Part shown: in pieces, positions 30,642 through 39,794 of the stretch
How the letters are laid out: each line of letters opens with the position of its first letter
Position numbering within the stretch: the stretch's first letter is position 1
From: an uncultured Candidatus Rokubacteria bacterium
GTDB taxonomy: Bacteria; Methylomirabilota; Methylomirabilia; Rokubacteriales; DASRDR01
Assembly (NCBI GenBank): GCA_963708025.1
Contig: CAVPSB010000018.1
Location: 352,001 to 416,000, forward strand
DNA length: 64,000 bases
Reading direction: 5' to 3'
Position numbers and translations under genes: made by a program
The notes under the pieces: generated by a model
The model's input: only the letters and a program-made list of their open reading frames with translations
What the model was told of the DNA's origin: nothing
Databases searched by the model: none

Positions 30642-32564
30642 GTGGAGGGCGACGCGGCGGAAACCGTTCGTGATCTGATCGACCGGATGGCGGCGCTCCG
30701 GGGTGACGCCCCGTTCCTGATCGCCCCCGGAACCGGACGCGTCGTGACCTTCGCGCAGCTCCGGGAGCACTCGCGCGAGTTCGCCGGCCGGCTGGCGGAC
30801 CGCGGCGTGGCTCCCGGCGAGCGCGTGGCCTTCCTCCTGGAGAGCGGGGTCTTCACCGTCCAGGCGGTGCTGGGGACGCTCTACGCGGGGCGGGTCCCGG
30901 TCCCCCTCAACGCCGACGCGGCGCCGTCCGAGATCGCTCGCACCGTAGGCCACTCGGATGCCCGCCTGGTCTTCGTCGCGCCACAGGGCGTCGAGGCGCG
31001 GGACGGGGAGTTCGCGTGGGACCGGCCGATCCAGGTGGTCCACGCCGACCCCGACGCCGGCGTGGACCGGGACGGCGCCCCGGTCCCGGCCGCCGTCCTG
31101 CCGCCGATCCAGCCAGACGACGACGGGCTGCAGATCTACACCTCGGGCACGACCGGCCGGCCGAAGGCCGTGGTGATCTCCCACCGCGGCCTCCTGGCGG
31201 CCGGGGCCAGCACGGCCGAGGCCCACCGACTCGGCGCCGAGGACCGCGCGCTGTGCGCCCTGCCCCTCTACCACACGAACGCCCAGAACTTCGTCCTGAT
31301 GCCGATCCTCGTGAGCGGGGGCTCGGTCGTCATCCCGCGGCACTTCGACGCCAGCGCGTTCTGGGCCCTGGTGGCTCGCCATCGCTGCACCTGGCTGCCC
31401 CTGGTCCCGGCCATCATCGGCCAGCTCCTGAGCCGGACGGAGCGGCCGGCCGAGGCGCTCGGACACGTGCGCTTCGTGCGCTCGTCGTCGGCCCCGCTGG
31501 CGCCGGCCCGGCACCGGGAGTTCGAGGCCCGGTTCGGCCTGCCTCTGATCGAGGGGATGGGATCGAGCGAGGGTGGGGCCGGATACTTCGCCACCCCGCC
31601 CCCGCCCGCGCTCCGCAAGATCGGGTCGCCCGGCCTGCCGATCGGCATCGAGGCCCGGGTGGTCAACGGGACGGGACGGGTGCTGCCCGCCGGCCAGACC
31701 GGCGAGATCGCCGTCCGGGGCCCGTCCGTGATGAAGGGCTACTACAAGGATCCCGCCGCCACCGCCGCGGTGCTGGGGTCGGACGGCTGGCTCCGGACCG
31801 GCGACCTCGGCTACCTCGACGCGGACGGGTACGTCTTCGTGGTCGGTCGCGCGAAGGAGATCATCAACAAGGCGGGCGAGAAGATCGTGCCGCGCGAGAT
31901 CGACGAGCTGCTGGCGGCGCACCCGGCGGTCGTCGAGGCGGCGGCGGTCGGCGTCCCCCACCCGGACCTCGGCGAGGACGTCGTGGCGTACGTCGTCTTG
32001 AGCCCGGGCCTGACGGTCCCGGAGGACGATCTGTCGGACCTGTGCGAGCGGGAGCTCGGGCACTTCAAGGCGCCGACGCGCATTCACGTCATCGAGCGTC
32101 TGCCGCGGGGGCCATCCGGCAAGGTGGACCGGCTCCGGCTGATCGAGGATGCGGGCCGGCGGAGCGCGGCGGCCGCCGGTGCGCGTCGGTCCCGGCCGCG
32201 GCCGCCCGCTGGATACCTCGCCCCGCGGACGCCGGTGGAGCGCATCATCGCGAAGAGCTGGAGCGCGATGCTGGGCCGGGAGCGAATCGGGGTTCACGAC
32301 GACTTTCTCGAGCTGGGTGGGGGCTCGCTGCTGGCGGTGCGCATCCTGGCGCGGCTCGACCGGCTGCTGCCGGTAAGCCTCTCGCTCGGCAGCTTCCTCG
32401 ACCACCCGACGATCGCCGAGCAAGCGGCGCTCATCGACCGGGAGCTGCTGAGCGGCGACGAGGCGACACGCCTCCTGGCCGAGGTCGAGGCGCTGCCGGA
32501 CGAGGAGGTGACGCGCCGGTTGTCCGACGGGAGCGGCGAACCCGCCGGCGACCGAGCCGAGTGA
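30642..32564 (+). CDS. Acyl/aryl-AMP ligase fused to a carrier (T) domain; NRPS starter
   Basis: YTSGTTGRPK, WLRTGDLG, GRAKEII, PSGK; C-terminal DDFLELGGGSLLA phosphopantetheine motif and acidic docking tail. Confidence 0.9.
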   Translation: MEGDAAETVRDLIDRMAALRGDAPFLIAPGTGRVVTFAQLREHSREFAGRLADRGVAPGERVAFLLESGVFTVQAVLGTLYAGRVPVPLNADAAPSEIARTVGHSDARLVFVAPQGVEARDGEFAWDRPIQVVHADPDAGVDRDGAPVPAAVLPPIQPDDDGLQIYTSGTTGRPKAVVISHRGLLAAGASTAEAHRLGAEDRALCALPLYHTNAQNFVLMPILVSGGSVVIPRHFDASAFWALVARHRCTWLPLVPAIIGQLLSRTERPAEALGHVRFVRSSSAPLAPARHREFEARFGLPLIEGMGSSEGGAGYFATPPPPALRKIGSPGLPIGIEARVVNGTGRVLPAGQTGEIAVRGPSVMKGYYKDPAATAAVLGSDGWLRTGDLGYLDADGYVFVVGRAKEIINKAGEKIVPREIDELLAAHPAVVEAAAVGVPHPDLGEDVVAYVVLSPGLTVPEDDLSDLCERELGHFKAPTRIHVIERLPRGPSGKVDRLRLIEDAGRRSAAAAGARRSRPRPPAGYLAPRTPVERIIAKSWSAMLGRERIGVHDDFLELGGGSLLAVRILARLDRLLPVSLSLGSFLDHPTIAEQAALIDRELLSGDEATRLLAEVEALPDEEVTRRLSDGSGEPAGDRAE

Positions 32565-35500
32565 CCGACCACCTCTGGTCCCGCCTCGAACGGCTCTCCC
32601 AGGAGAAGCGGGCGCTGCTGGAGCGGCTGCTCCTGGGGCGACCGCGGGCATCCGCGACCCCCGCCGGGATCCCGCCGCGCGACCGATCCCGCCCGTGCCC
32701 CCTGTCACCCCTCCAGGAGCGGATCTGGTTCCTCGAGCAGCTCCATCCGGGCCTGCCCACCTACCACGAGCCGTCGGCCGTGCGCCTGCGGGGTCCGCTC
32801 GATCTCGGCGCCCTGGAGGCCGCGCTCGACGCCGTCGTGGCCCGGCACGAGGTCTTGCGGCTGGCGATCCAGGTGGTCGACGGGACCCCGACCCAGGTGT
32901 TCCATCCGAGCCGGCCCGTGCGGATCAGCGCGGTCGATCTGTCCGACCGGGCCGGGGAGGCGCGGGAGTCCGCCATCCGCGATGTGCTGCGCGAGGAAGC
33001 GCGCCGGCCCTTCGACCTCGAGACGGATCCACTCCTGCGGGCGGTGGTCCTCCGCCTGGGCGAGGCCGAGCACGTGTTCGCGCTCACGCTGCATCACCTG
33101 GTGTGCGACCGCCCGTCGCTGGGCGTGCTGTTCCGGGAGCTCGAGCGGCTGTACGCCGCGGCGGTCCCGGGAACCCCCGTCAGGCTCCCGCCGCCGCCCC
33201 TTCAGTTCGGGGACGTCGCCGCCTGGCAGCGCGAGCGCGTCGAGAAGGCATCGCTGGAAGCCGACCTCGCCTACTGGACGGCGCAGCTCCGGTCCGTCCC
33301 CGCGGTTCTCGACCTCCCCGCCGATCGGCCACGACCGCCCGAGATGTCCCATCGGGGCGCAACGCGCGCCGTCCGGCTCGGCGCCTCGCTGTCCGGTCGG
33401 CTGCGGGAGATGAGCCGATCCGAAGGGGTCACCCTCTTCACCCTGCTGCTGGCGGCCTTCGCCACGCTCCTCTCCCGCCTCACGGGCCGCGAGGACATCG
33501 TGCTCGGGATCCCGATCGCGAGCCGCGACCGGCCGGAGCTGGAGCCGCTCATCGGACCGCTGGTCGGCACCGTGCCGCTTTGGCTGGACCTCTCGGGAGC
33601 GCCCTCCTTCCGCGAGCTGCTCGGACGCGTCCGGACGGTCGTGGCGGACGCCCACGCCCACCGGGCGGTGCCGTTCGAGCGGCTCGTCGATCTCCTGCGG
33701 CCGGTCCGGGCCCTCGACCACACGCCGGTGTTCCAGGTGATGCTGACGTGGCGTGAGCCGGAGAACCTGATGGCGGCGCTGCGACTTCCCGGGCTGTCGG
33801 TGTCGCCGCTCGACGTCGACCGGGGGGCGTCGAAGCTCGACCTGACCCTGTTCCTCACCGAGGCCGCGGGGGAGATCGTCTGCGAGGCCGAGTACGCCAC
33901 GGATCTCTACGACGCCGGCACCATCGACCGGACGCTGGGCCACTTCCGGGCGGTGCTCGACGGGGCTGCCCGGAGCCCCGAGGAGCGGCTCTCGCGGCTG
34001 CCCGTGCTGACGCCGGACGAGCGCCGCCGGCTTCTGGTCGAGTGGAACGACACCGCGATCGACTACCCGCGGGACGTCTCCATTCCCGACCTCGTTCGGG
34101 AGCAGTGCCGGCGGACCCCCGGGGCCATCGCGGTCGAGCACGGCGACGAGCGGCTGACCTACGGGGAGCTGGAGGAGCGCGCCGCCCGGCTGGCCGGCCG
34201 CCTGAGGCGCCACGGGGTCCGGCCGGAGGTGGTGGTCGGCATCTGCCTCGAGCGCTCGATCGAGATGGTCGTCGGGCTCCTCGGCATCCTCGAGGCCGGC
34301 GGCGCGTACCTGCCGCTCGATCCCCGCGATCCGCCGGACCGCCTGGCGTTCCTGGTGCGCGACGCCGGCGCGCCCGTGATCCTGACGCGGCGATCGTGGC
34401 GGGCGCGACTGGAGAGGTCAGGCGCCCGGCTGCTCTGCGTGGACGAGGCCGAAGCGCCGGCCTCGCGCGACACCGTGGACGGCACCGGCGCCGGCGCCGG
34501 AGGCGACAGCCTCGCCTACGTCGTGTACACGTCCGGCTCGACCGGCCGGCCCAAGGGCGTGGAGATCCCGCACCGGGCCGTGGTCCGGCTGCTCTTCGGG
34601 GTGGACTACGTCCGGCTCGGCCCCGGGGAGAAGATCCTCCAGCTCGGCCCGCTCGGCTTCGACGCGTCGACCTTCGAGGTCTGGGCCGCCCTCCTACACG
34701 GGGGGTGCTGCGTGCTCTACCCGGAGTGCGTGCCCAGCGCCGAGCGCCTCGGCGAGATCGTCGAGCGGCACGGGGTGACGACGCTCTTCCTCACGACGGC
34801 CCTGTTCAACCACGTGGTGGACGAGCTTCCGTCCGGCCTGGCCGGCGTCAGCCAGCTCCTGACGGGAGGCGAGACCGTGTCGGTCGAGCACATGGCGCGC
34901 GCGGTGGCCCGGCTGCCGGCGACCCGGATCGTCCACTGCTACGGACCGACCGAGGCCACCACCTTCACGACGTGCTACCCGGTTCCCCGGTCACTGGCGG
35001 CGACCGCGAGCACGGTCCCGATCGGACGGCCGATCGCCAACACCCGCGTCTACATCCTCGACCGGCACGGCGAGCCGGTGCCGGTCGGCGTCCCCGGAGA
35101 GATCTTCATCGGAGGGGACGGGCTGGCCCGCGGCTACCGCCAGCGCCCCGAGCTGACCCGCGAGCGGTTCGGGCCGGACCCGTTCCCGGGCGGCGGCGGC
35201 GGTCGGCTGTACCGCACCGGCGATCTGGCCCGCTACCGCGCCGACGGCGCCATCGAGTTCCTGGGCAGGGCTGACGACCAGGTCAAGCTGCGGGGCTTCC
35301 GCATCGAGCCGGCAGAAGTCGAAGCCGCGCTGGCCTCGCATCCGGGAGTGACCCGGGCGGTCGTGGTCGTTCGCCGGGACGGGCCAGGCGATCGGCGCCT
35401 GGTGGCCTACGTGGTTCCCGAGGGGAGCCCGGCGCCCGCCGCGGCCGAGCTGCGAGCCCACCTCGGGGCGATGCTGCCGGAGCACATGATCCCCACGGCA

Positions 35501-37200
35501 TTCGTCTCGATCACGCGACTCCCGCTCACCGCCAGCGGGAAGGTCGATCGCGCCGCGCTGCCGCCGCCCGAGACCGATCCCGGTCGCCCCGGCGCCCGGG
35601 AGTTGGCCCGGACCCCCGTGGAGGAGCTCGTCGCCGGCATCTGGGCCGACGTCCTGAGCGTCCCGAGCGTCGGCCGCCACGAGGACTTCTTCGAGCTGGG
35701 GGGGCACTCCCTTCTGGCGGCCCAGGCGATGGCTCGGCTGCGCCAGGTCCTGGGGCTGGACCTTCCGGTCCGGGTGCTCTTCGAGGCGCCGACGGTGGCG
35801 CGGCTCGGCGCCCACGTCGACGGATCCCGCTTCGGCGGGGCGGCGCCGGCGCCCGTCCGCCTCGCCCGGCGCGAGAGTCCGCTGCCCCTCGCGCCGCTGC
35901 AGGAGCGGATCTGGCGCCACTGCCAGATGCCTAACGGCGCCGGGTACACGCTGGTGCGGGCCTTCCATGTGCGAGGGGCGCTCGACGTCGGCGCGCTGGA
36001 GCGGAGCCTCGCCGAGATGGTGCGCCGCCACGAGATCCTCCGGACGACCTACGTCCTGGTCGGCCGGGAGCCCCGGCAGGTCATCGGTCCGTCCGGAGCG
36101 ACGCCGGTGCCCGTTCTCGATCTCCGGGGCCGGCCGCACGAGGCGGAGCGGATCACCCGGGAAGAGATGACGCGCGGCCTGGATCTCACGCGCAGCCCCC
36201 TGCTCCGCGCGGTCGTCCTGCGCCTCGACGAGACGGAGTACCGGCTGCTCCTGCTGATGCACCACATCACGTACGACGCCGAGTCCATCGAGATCTTCTT
36301 CCGCGAGCTGCGCGCGCTCTACGAAGGGTTCGCGCGGCGGCGGTCCCCGCGGCTGCCCGAGCCCCGGCTGCAGTACGCGGACTACGCGGCGTGGCAGCGC
36401 CAGCGGATGCGTCCCGGCGGGGATGTCCACCGCCGCCAGCTCGCCGACTGGATGGATCGGCTGGGAACGGGCGGGAGACGCCTGGAGCTGCCGTTCCGGA
36501 GGCCGATCCCCGTGGCGGCGAGCCTCGACGAGGCCGAGCAGACGGTCCCGTTCACCGACGACCTGCGCGGCCGCGTGGAGGCGCTGAGCCGGCGCGAGCG
36601 GGTGACGCCGTTCATGACCATGCTGGCCGCCTTCGAGGTGCTGCTCTTCCACTACACGGGACGCCGTGACCTCCTGGTCGGCACCTACGCGGCGAACCGC
36701 GGCCGTGGGGAGCTCGACGACGTGATGGGATGCTTCGTCAACCTCCTGGTGCTGCGGGTCAACCTCCACGGGGGCCTGTCGTTCCGGGACGTGCTGCACC
36801 GGGTTCGCGCGGTCGTGCTGCGGGCCTTCGCGAGCCCGGACGTGCTGTACGAGGAGGTCGGGGTCGCGCTGCGGGCCGCGGGGCGGCCCGTCCCCGAGGT
36901 CGAGGTGATCTTCAACACCGTGCGCCGGCGCCCCGATGCCTCGCTGACACTTCCCGGCCTGGACGTGAGCATGCTCACGCTACCCCCGCCGCGGATGCCG
37001 TGGGGGCTGACCCTCTTCGTCAACGAGAGGCTCGGCCGCCTCGCCTGCCCGTTCGACGCCGGGCTCTACGACCCGGCCGGCGTGCGCCGGATGCTTGCCG
37101 GGTTCACGGCGGTGCTCGAGCGCGTGACGGCCGACCCGATGCTCGGCGTCCCGGACCTGGCGCCGGACGCCTCGATCTGCGCGGCCATCCACCCGCGTGG
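32561..37200 (+). CDS. NRPS C-A-T-C (no TE); reading frame continues without a stop to 37846, so the end is approximate
   Basis: HHLVCD, YTSGSTGRPKG, YGPTE, LYRTGD, FFELGGHSL, second C domain HHITYD; GTG overlaps the upstream TGA. Confidence 0.92.
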
Positions 37201-37453
37201 CTCACGCGTAGCTGTCAGGAAGGCGGTCGAGGTTCCGTTCCTGACCCGAGGTGTGCGCCGCCGTCGGGCGGTCACGATCATCCCCACGCCGCTCGCCGTC
37301 GCCGCTCGCACCGGCCCGGACTGCGTACGGCCGGGCGTACCGCCGCGCTTGACAGCGCCATGGCCTACACTCCCGAGCCACCAGTCGTCGTCCGGCCCCG
37401 GGAGGCCGCGATGCCCACCGCCCTGCACCGCTTCACCCGATGGAGGGACCGCC

Positions 37454-37846
37454 ATGCCGAAGACCACCCAGCTCGTCCTGTCCCTGGCCTCGAAGCCGGG
37501 TGTCCTCGCCGAGATCGGCTCGACGCTGGCCCAGGCCGGCGTGAACATCACCGCGATCTGCGCCGGCGAGGCCAGCGGCGGTCGCGGGAAGGTCCGCCTC
37601 CTGGTGGACAACCCCGCCCGCGCGACGGAAGCCCTCAAGGCGGCCAAGCTCCGGGTCGCCCAGGAGGACGCTCTCTCGCTGACCCTCGACAACCGGCCCG
37701 GCGCCCTGGCCGACGTGGCCCGAAAGCTGGCCCGCGCGAAGGTGAACGTGAAGTGCGCGTACGCGACGACGAGCGGGAGCGGGCCGGCCCAGGTGGTCCT
37801 GACGGTGTCGAACGTGGCGAAGGCGGAGGCCGCCCTGGGCGCTTAG
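37454..37846 (+). CDS. Tandem ACT-domain protein
   Basis: Two repeats SKPGVLAEIG...GVNI and NRPGALADVA...KVNV; own SD GGAGGG at 37442. Confidence 0.85.
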   Translation: MPKTTQLVLSLASKPGVLAEIGSTLAQAGVNITAICAGEASGGRGKVRLLVDNPARATEALKAAKLRVAQEDALSLTLDNRPGALADVARKLARAKVNVKCAYATTSGSGPAQVVLTVSNVAKAEAALGA

Positions 37847-38355
37847 CCCGATCGCCGGCGGGTCAGGCGCCCGGCGGCCCCGAGGTGCGCGTCGCGCCGG
37901 GCCTGGAGCCCGGTGTCCACGTAGCTCATCAGGTCGGGCCGGGCCCGGCCGAGCATCACCTGGATGTAGGCGGGCTCGAGGCCGACGTTCTCGAAGCCGT
38001 GGATGACCCCCGCCGGCGCCGAGACGCAGTCCCAGCGCCCGAGCACCGTCTCGACCCGGCGCCCGGCGTCGTCGTCGAAGAAGACCCGGACCTTCCCGTC
38101 GAGGACGAAGAAGACCTCCTCGACCTCGTGGGTGTGGGGCGCGTTCCCCTGGCCGGGCGGCACGAACATCACGCTGAGCGTGAAGTGCTCGGCCGCGATC
38201 GCGCGGGGATCGGCCTTCCCGGACGCCCCGGCGCCGATGTAGCGATGCTGGGCGCGCCGGTAGCCCTCGACCCGGGCGTCGGCGAAGGCGTCCCAGTCGG
38301 CCACCCGGTCCACGAACCGCGCCACCCGGCTGCCCAGCAGCTCCTCGTGCGTCAT
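37843..38355 (-). CDS. Cupin domain protein
   Basis: PPGQGNAPHTHEVEEVFFVLDG and PAGVIHGFEN motifs. Confidence 0.88.
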   Translation of the reverse strand: MTHEELLGSRVARFVDRVADWDAFADARVEGYRRAQHRYIGAGASGKADPRAIAAEHFTLSVMFVPPGQGNAPHTHEVEEVFFVLDGKVRVFFDDDAGRRVETVLGRWDCVSAPAGVIHGFENVGLEPAYIQVMLGRARPDLMSYVDTGLQARRDAHLGAAGRLTRRRSG

Positions 38356-38408
38356 CGCAGGATCCTCCGTCCGACATGCTTGCATCGGGGGTAGAGGTCA
38401 TCGACGAA

Positions 38409-38477
38409 GCCCACGATCAGGTTCAGCGGTGGCGCCGAGCAACGCGAAGTGCCGACCGCTGCAAGCTGCAATCAGAC
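38409..38477 (+). mobile_element. Degenerate attC-like integron cassette site
   Basis: TTCAGCGG...CCGCTGCAA inverted pair with a single extrahelical base; central CGAGCAACGCGA shared with the site at 39027-39106; R boxes decayed (ATCAGAC). Confidence 0.55.
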
Positions 38478-38778
38478 GTCACCACGGAGACGAGGACGTA
38501 TCCCCCGAGGGTCTCGCCTGCCGTGAACGCATGCGAGGACAACCACCAATGTCTCGAGCGGCCGGTACCAAAGGACGTAGGGGAAACGTCGGAGCAGGGC
38601 TCGACGGGCCCCTCGGTAACGCTCTGGATACGCGAGTGGGTTGTCGGCGATGCGAGCGATAACGATGTTGACGGCTTCGCGGGTCGCCGCCGAGACCTCG
38701 CCGCTGACTTTCGTACCAGTCCTCGATCGCCTCCAGGTCGAGCTCCGCAGCTCGACGAAGCAGGACAGGTACCGTCAA
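38472..38778 (-). pseudogene. RelE/ParE family toxin, frameshifted near 38682
   Basis: AELDLEAIEDWYESQRRGLG then, in the next frame, REAVNIVIARIADNPLAYP...LLRRFPYVLWY...LACVHGRRDP. Confidence 0.8.
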
Positions 38779-38993
38779 CGACGCCGCTGCTCGAGGCGGG
38801 CTCTAACTTCTGGCCAGGGGCTTTGGTCTTTCGGATTGGCCTCGAGATCCGCAAGCCGAGCGTCGAGAAGGGCACGTTCCTCGGACGTGACAGGAATGTC
38901 ATCATCCGAGAGCGTGTCCCACAGAGCCTCGATCAGCCGTAGCCGCTCACTCGGGTCGAGCCTCAAGGCTTCTGCCAGCAGATCCGCGTTCAT
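38775..38993 (-). CDS. Putative addiction module antitoxin component
   Basis: LDPSERLRLIEALWDTL...LLDARL...PWPEVRARL pattern; overlaps the toxin start. Confidence 0.85.
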   Translation of the reverse strand: MNADLLAEALRLDPSERLRLIEALWDTLSDDDIPVTSEERALLDARLADLEANPKDQSPWPEVRARLEQRRR

Positions 38994-38999
38994 GGCACG

Positions 39000-39005
39000 A
39001 GTATA
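39000..39005 (-). promoter_or_regulatory. -10 box TATACT, leaderless TA promoter
   Basis: 6 nt upstream of ATG 38993. Confidence 0.55.
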
Positions 39006-39026
39006 CCGCTATCCCGCCCGAAATGA

Positions 39027-39106
39027 GCCCGGACGGCAGCGCGTGCACTGAGCGGCCGGTAGGCGAGCAACGCGAGCCGTCGGCCCGCTGCACTGCAAGG
39101 TTCGAC
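39027..39106 (+). mobile_element. attC-like integron cassette site
   Basis: TGAGCGG...CCGCTGCA pair with one bulge, inner GGCGAGCAACGCGAGCC, ends in GTTCGAC (R'-like). Confidence 0.6.
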
Positions 39107-39211
39107 GGTTTTCGCCGCGTCACTCAACGACCTTTGGTACCGAGGGCCGGACGTCAATGAAGATCTCGGCGACGTATCGCGGCATCCGCCCGCGCACCAG
39201 TCTCGCCGCCG

Positions 39212-39643
39212 TCATGGCAGCAGCTCGAGCGCCCGCGTGAGACGCGGGCCGACACGGATGGCGGCGAAATCACGGCGATCCGTCGTCAGCACCCGGTAGA
39301 TGCGCCGTCGCTCAGCTACAGCGACGACTGTTCCGTCGACGAGCCCCAGGTTGAGCTTCGCGAATCTGGCGTCGAGTTCGAGGGCACGAACAATGTCGGA
39401 GGGTAGCGGCAGCTCATACTCGTACCGTGTCGCCGGATCGAAAATCTCAGCGACGAGTGTCCGCATCGCGACCCTGTTCTCCCGGAGAAAGTAGTCCACC
39501 TCGGCTAGAACGAGTCCGGGCACGATAACCAGACTCGCGGATGTCAGGATCTTCTCGTACTCAGGAAAACTCGGCTTGCCGTCTCTCGTGCTGGCGAGGC
39601 CGCGGAGGAGCCCGCCGGTGTCTGCGACGATCGGCGGACTCAA
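39212..39643 (-). CDS. PIN-domain (VapC-like) toxin
   Basis: IVADTG, VLAEVDY, LGLVDG and LTTDRRDF acidic PIN motifs. Confidence 0.88.
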   Translation of the reverse strand: MSPPIVADTGGLLRGLASTRDGKPSFPEYEKILTSASLVIVPGLVLAEVDYFLRENRVAMRTLVAEIFDPATRYEYELPLPSDIVRALELDARFAKLNLGLVDGTVVAVAERRRIYRVLTTDRRDFAAIRVGPRLTRALELLP

Positions 39644-39790
39644 GCCTCGAGATCTCGGAAGAGTTCGGATTCATCGCCGAGTTTGTTGTCCGTCAACTCG
39701 AAGAGGCGTGTAGAGGGCGGGCGGCGGCCGGTGTAGTAGCGGGACGCCACCACCCGCAGACCCTTGCGAATGAGGGCCGAGGCATGGGCA
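39640..39790 (-). pseudogene. Probable antitoxin C-terminal remnant lacking a start codon
   Basis: ASALIRKGLRVVASRYY...LGDESELFRDLEA* overlaps the PIN start; no in-frame start before the end of the tctA gene. Confidence 0.5.
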
Positions 39791-39794
39791 CCGG

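Noticed and set aside
31016-32560. N-terminal extension of the 2276-aa ORF
   Set aside because: Shadow frame overlapping the ligase gene; the NRPS starts at GTG 32561.
37349-37371. TTGACA...TACACT promoter for the ACT gene
   Set aside because: The spacer is only 11 nt, so it is not a canonical sigma70 promoter.
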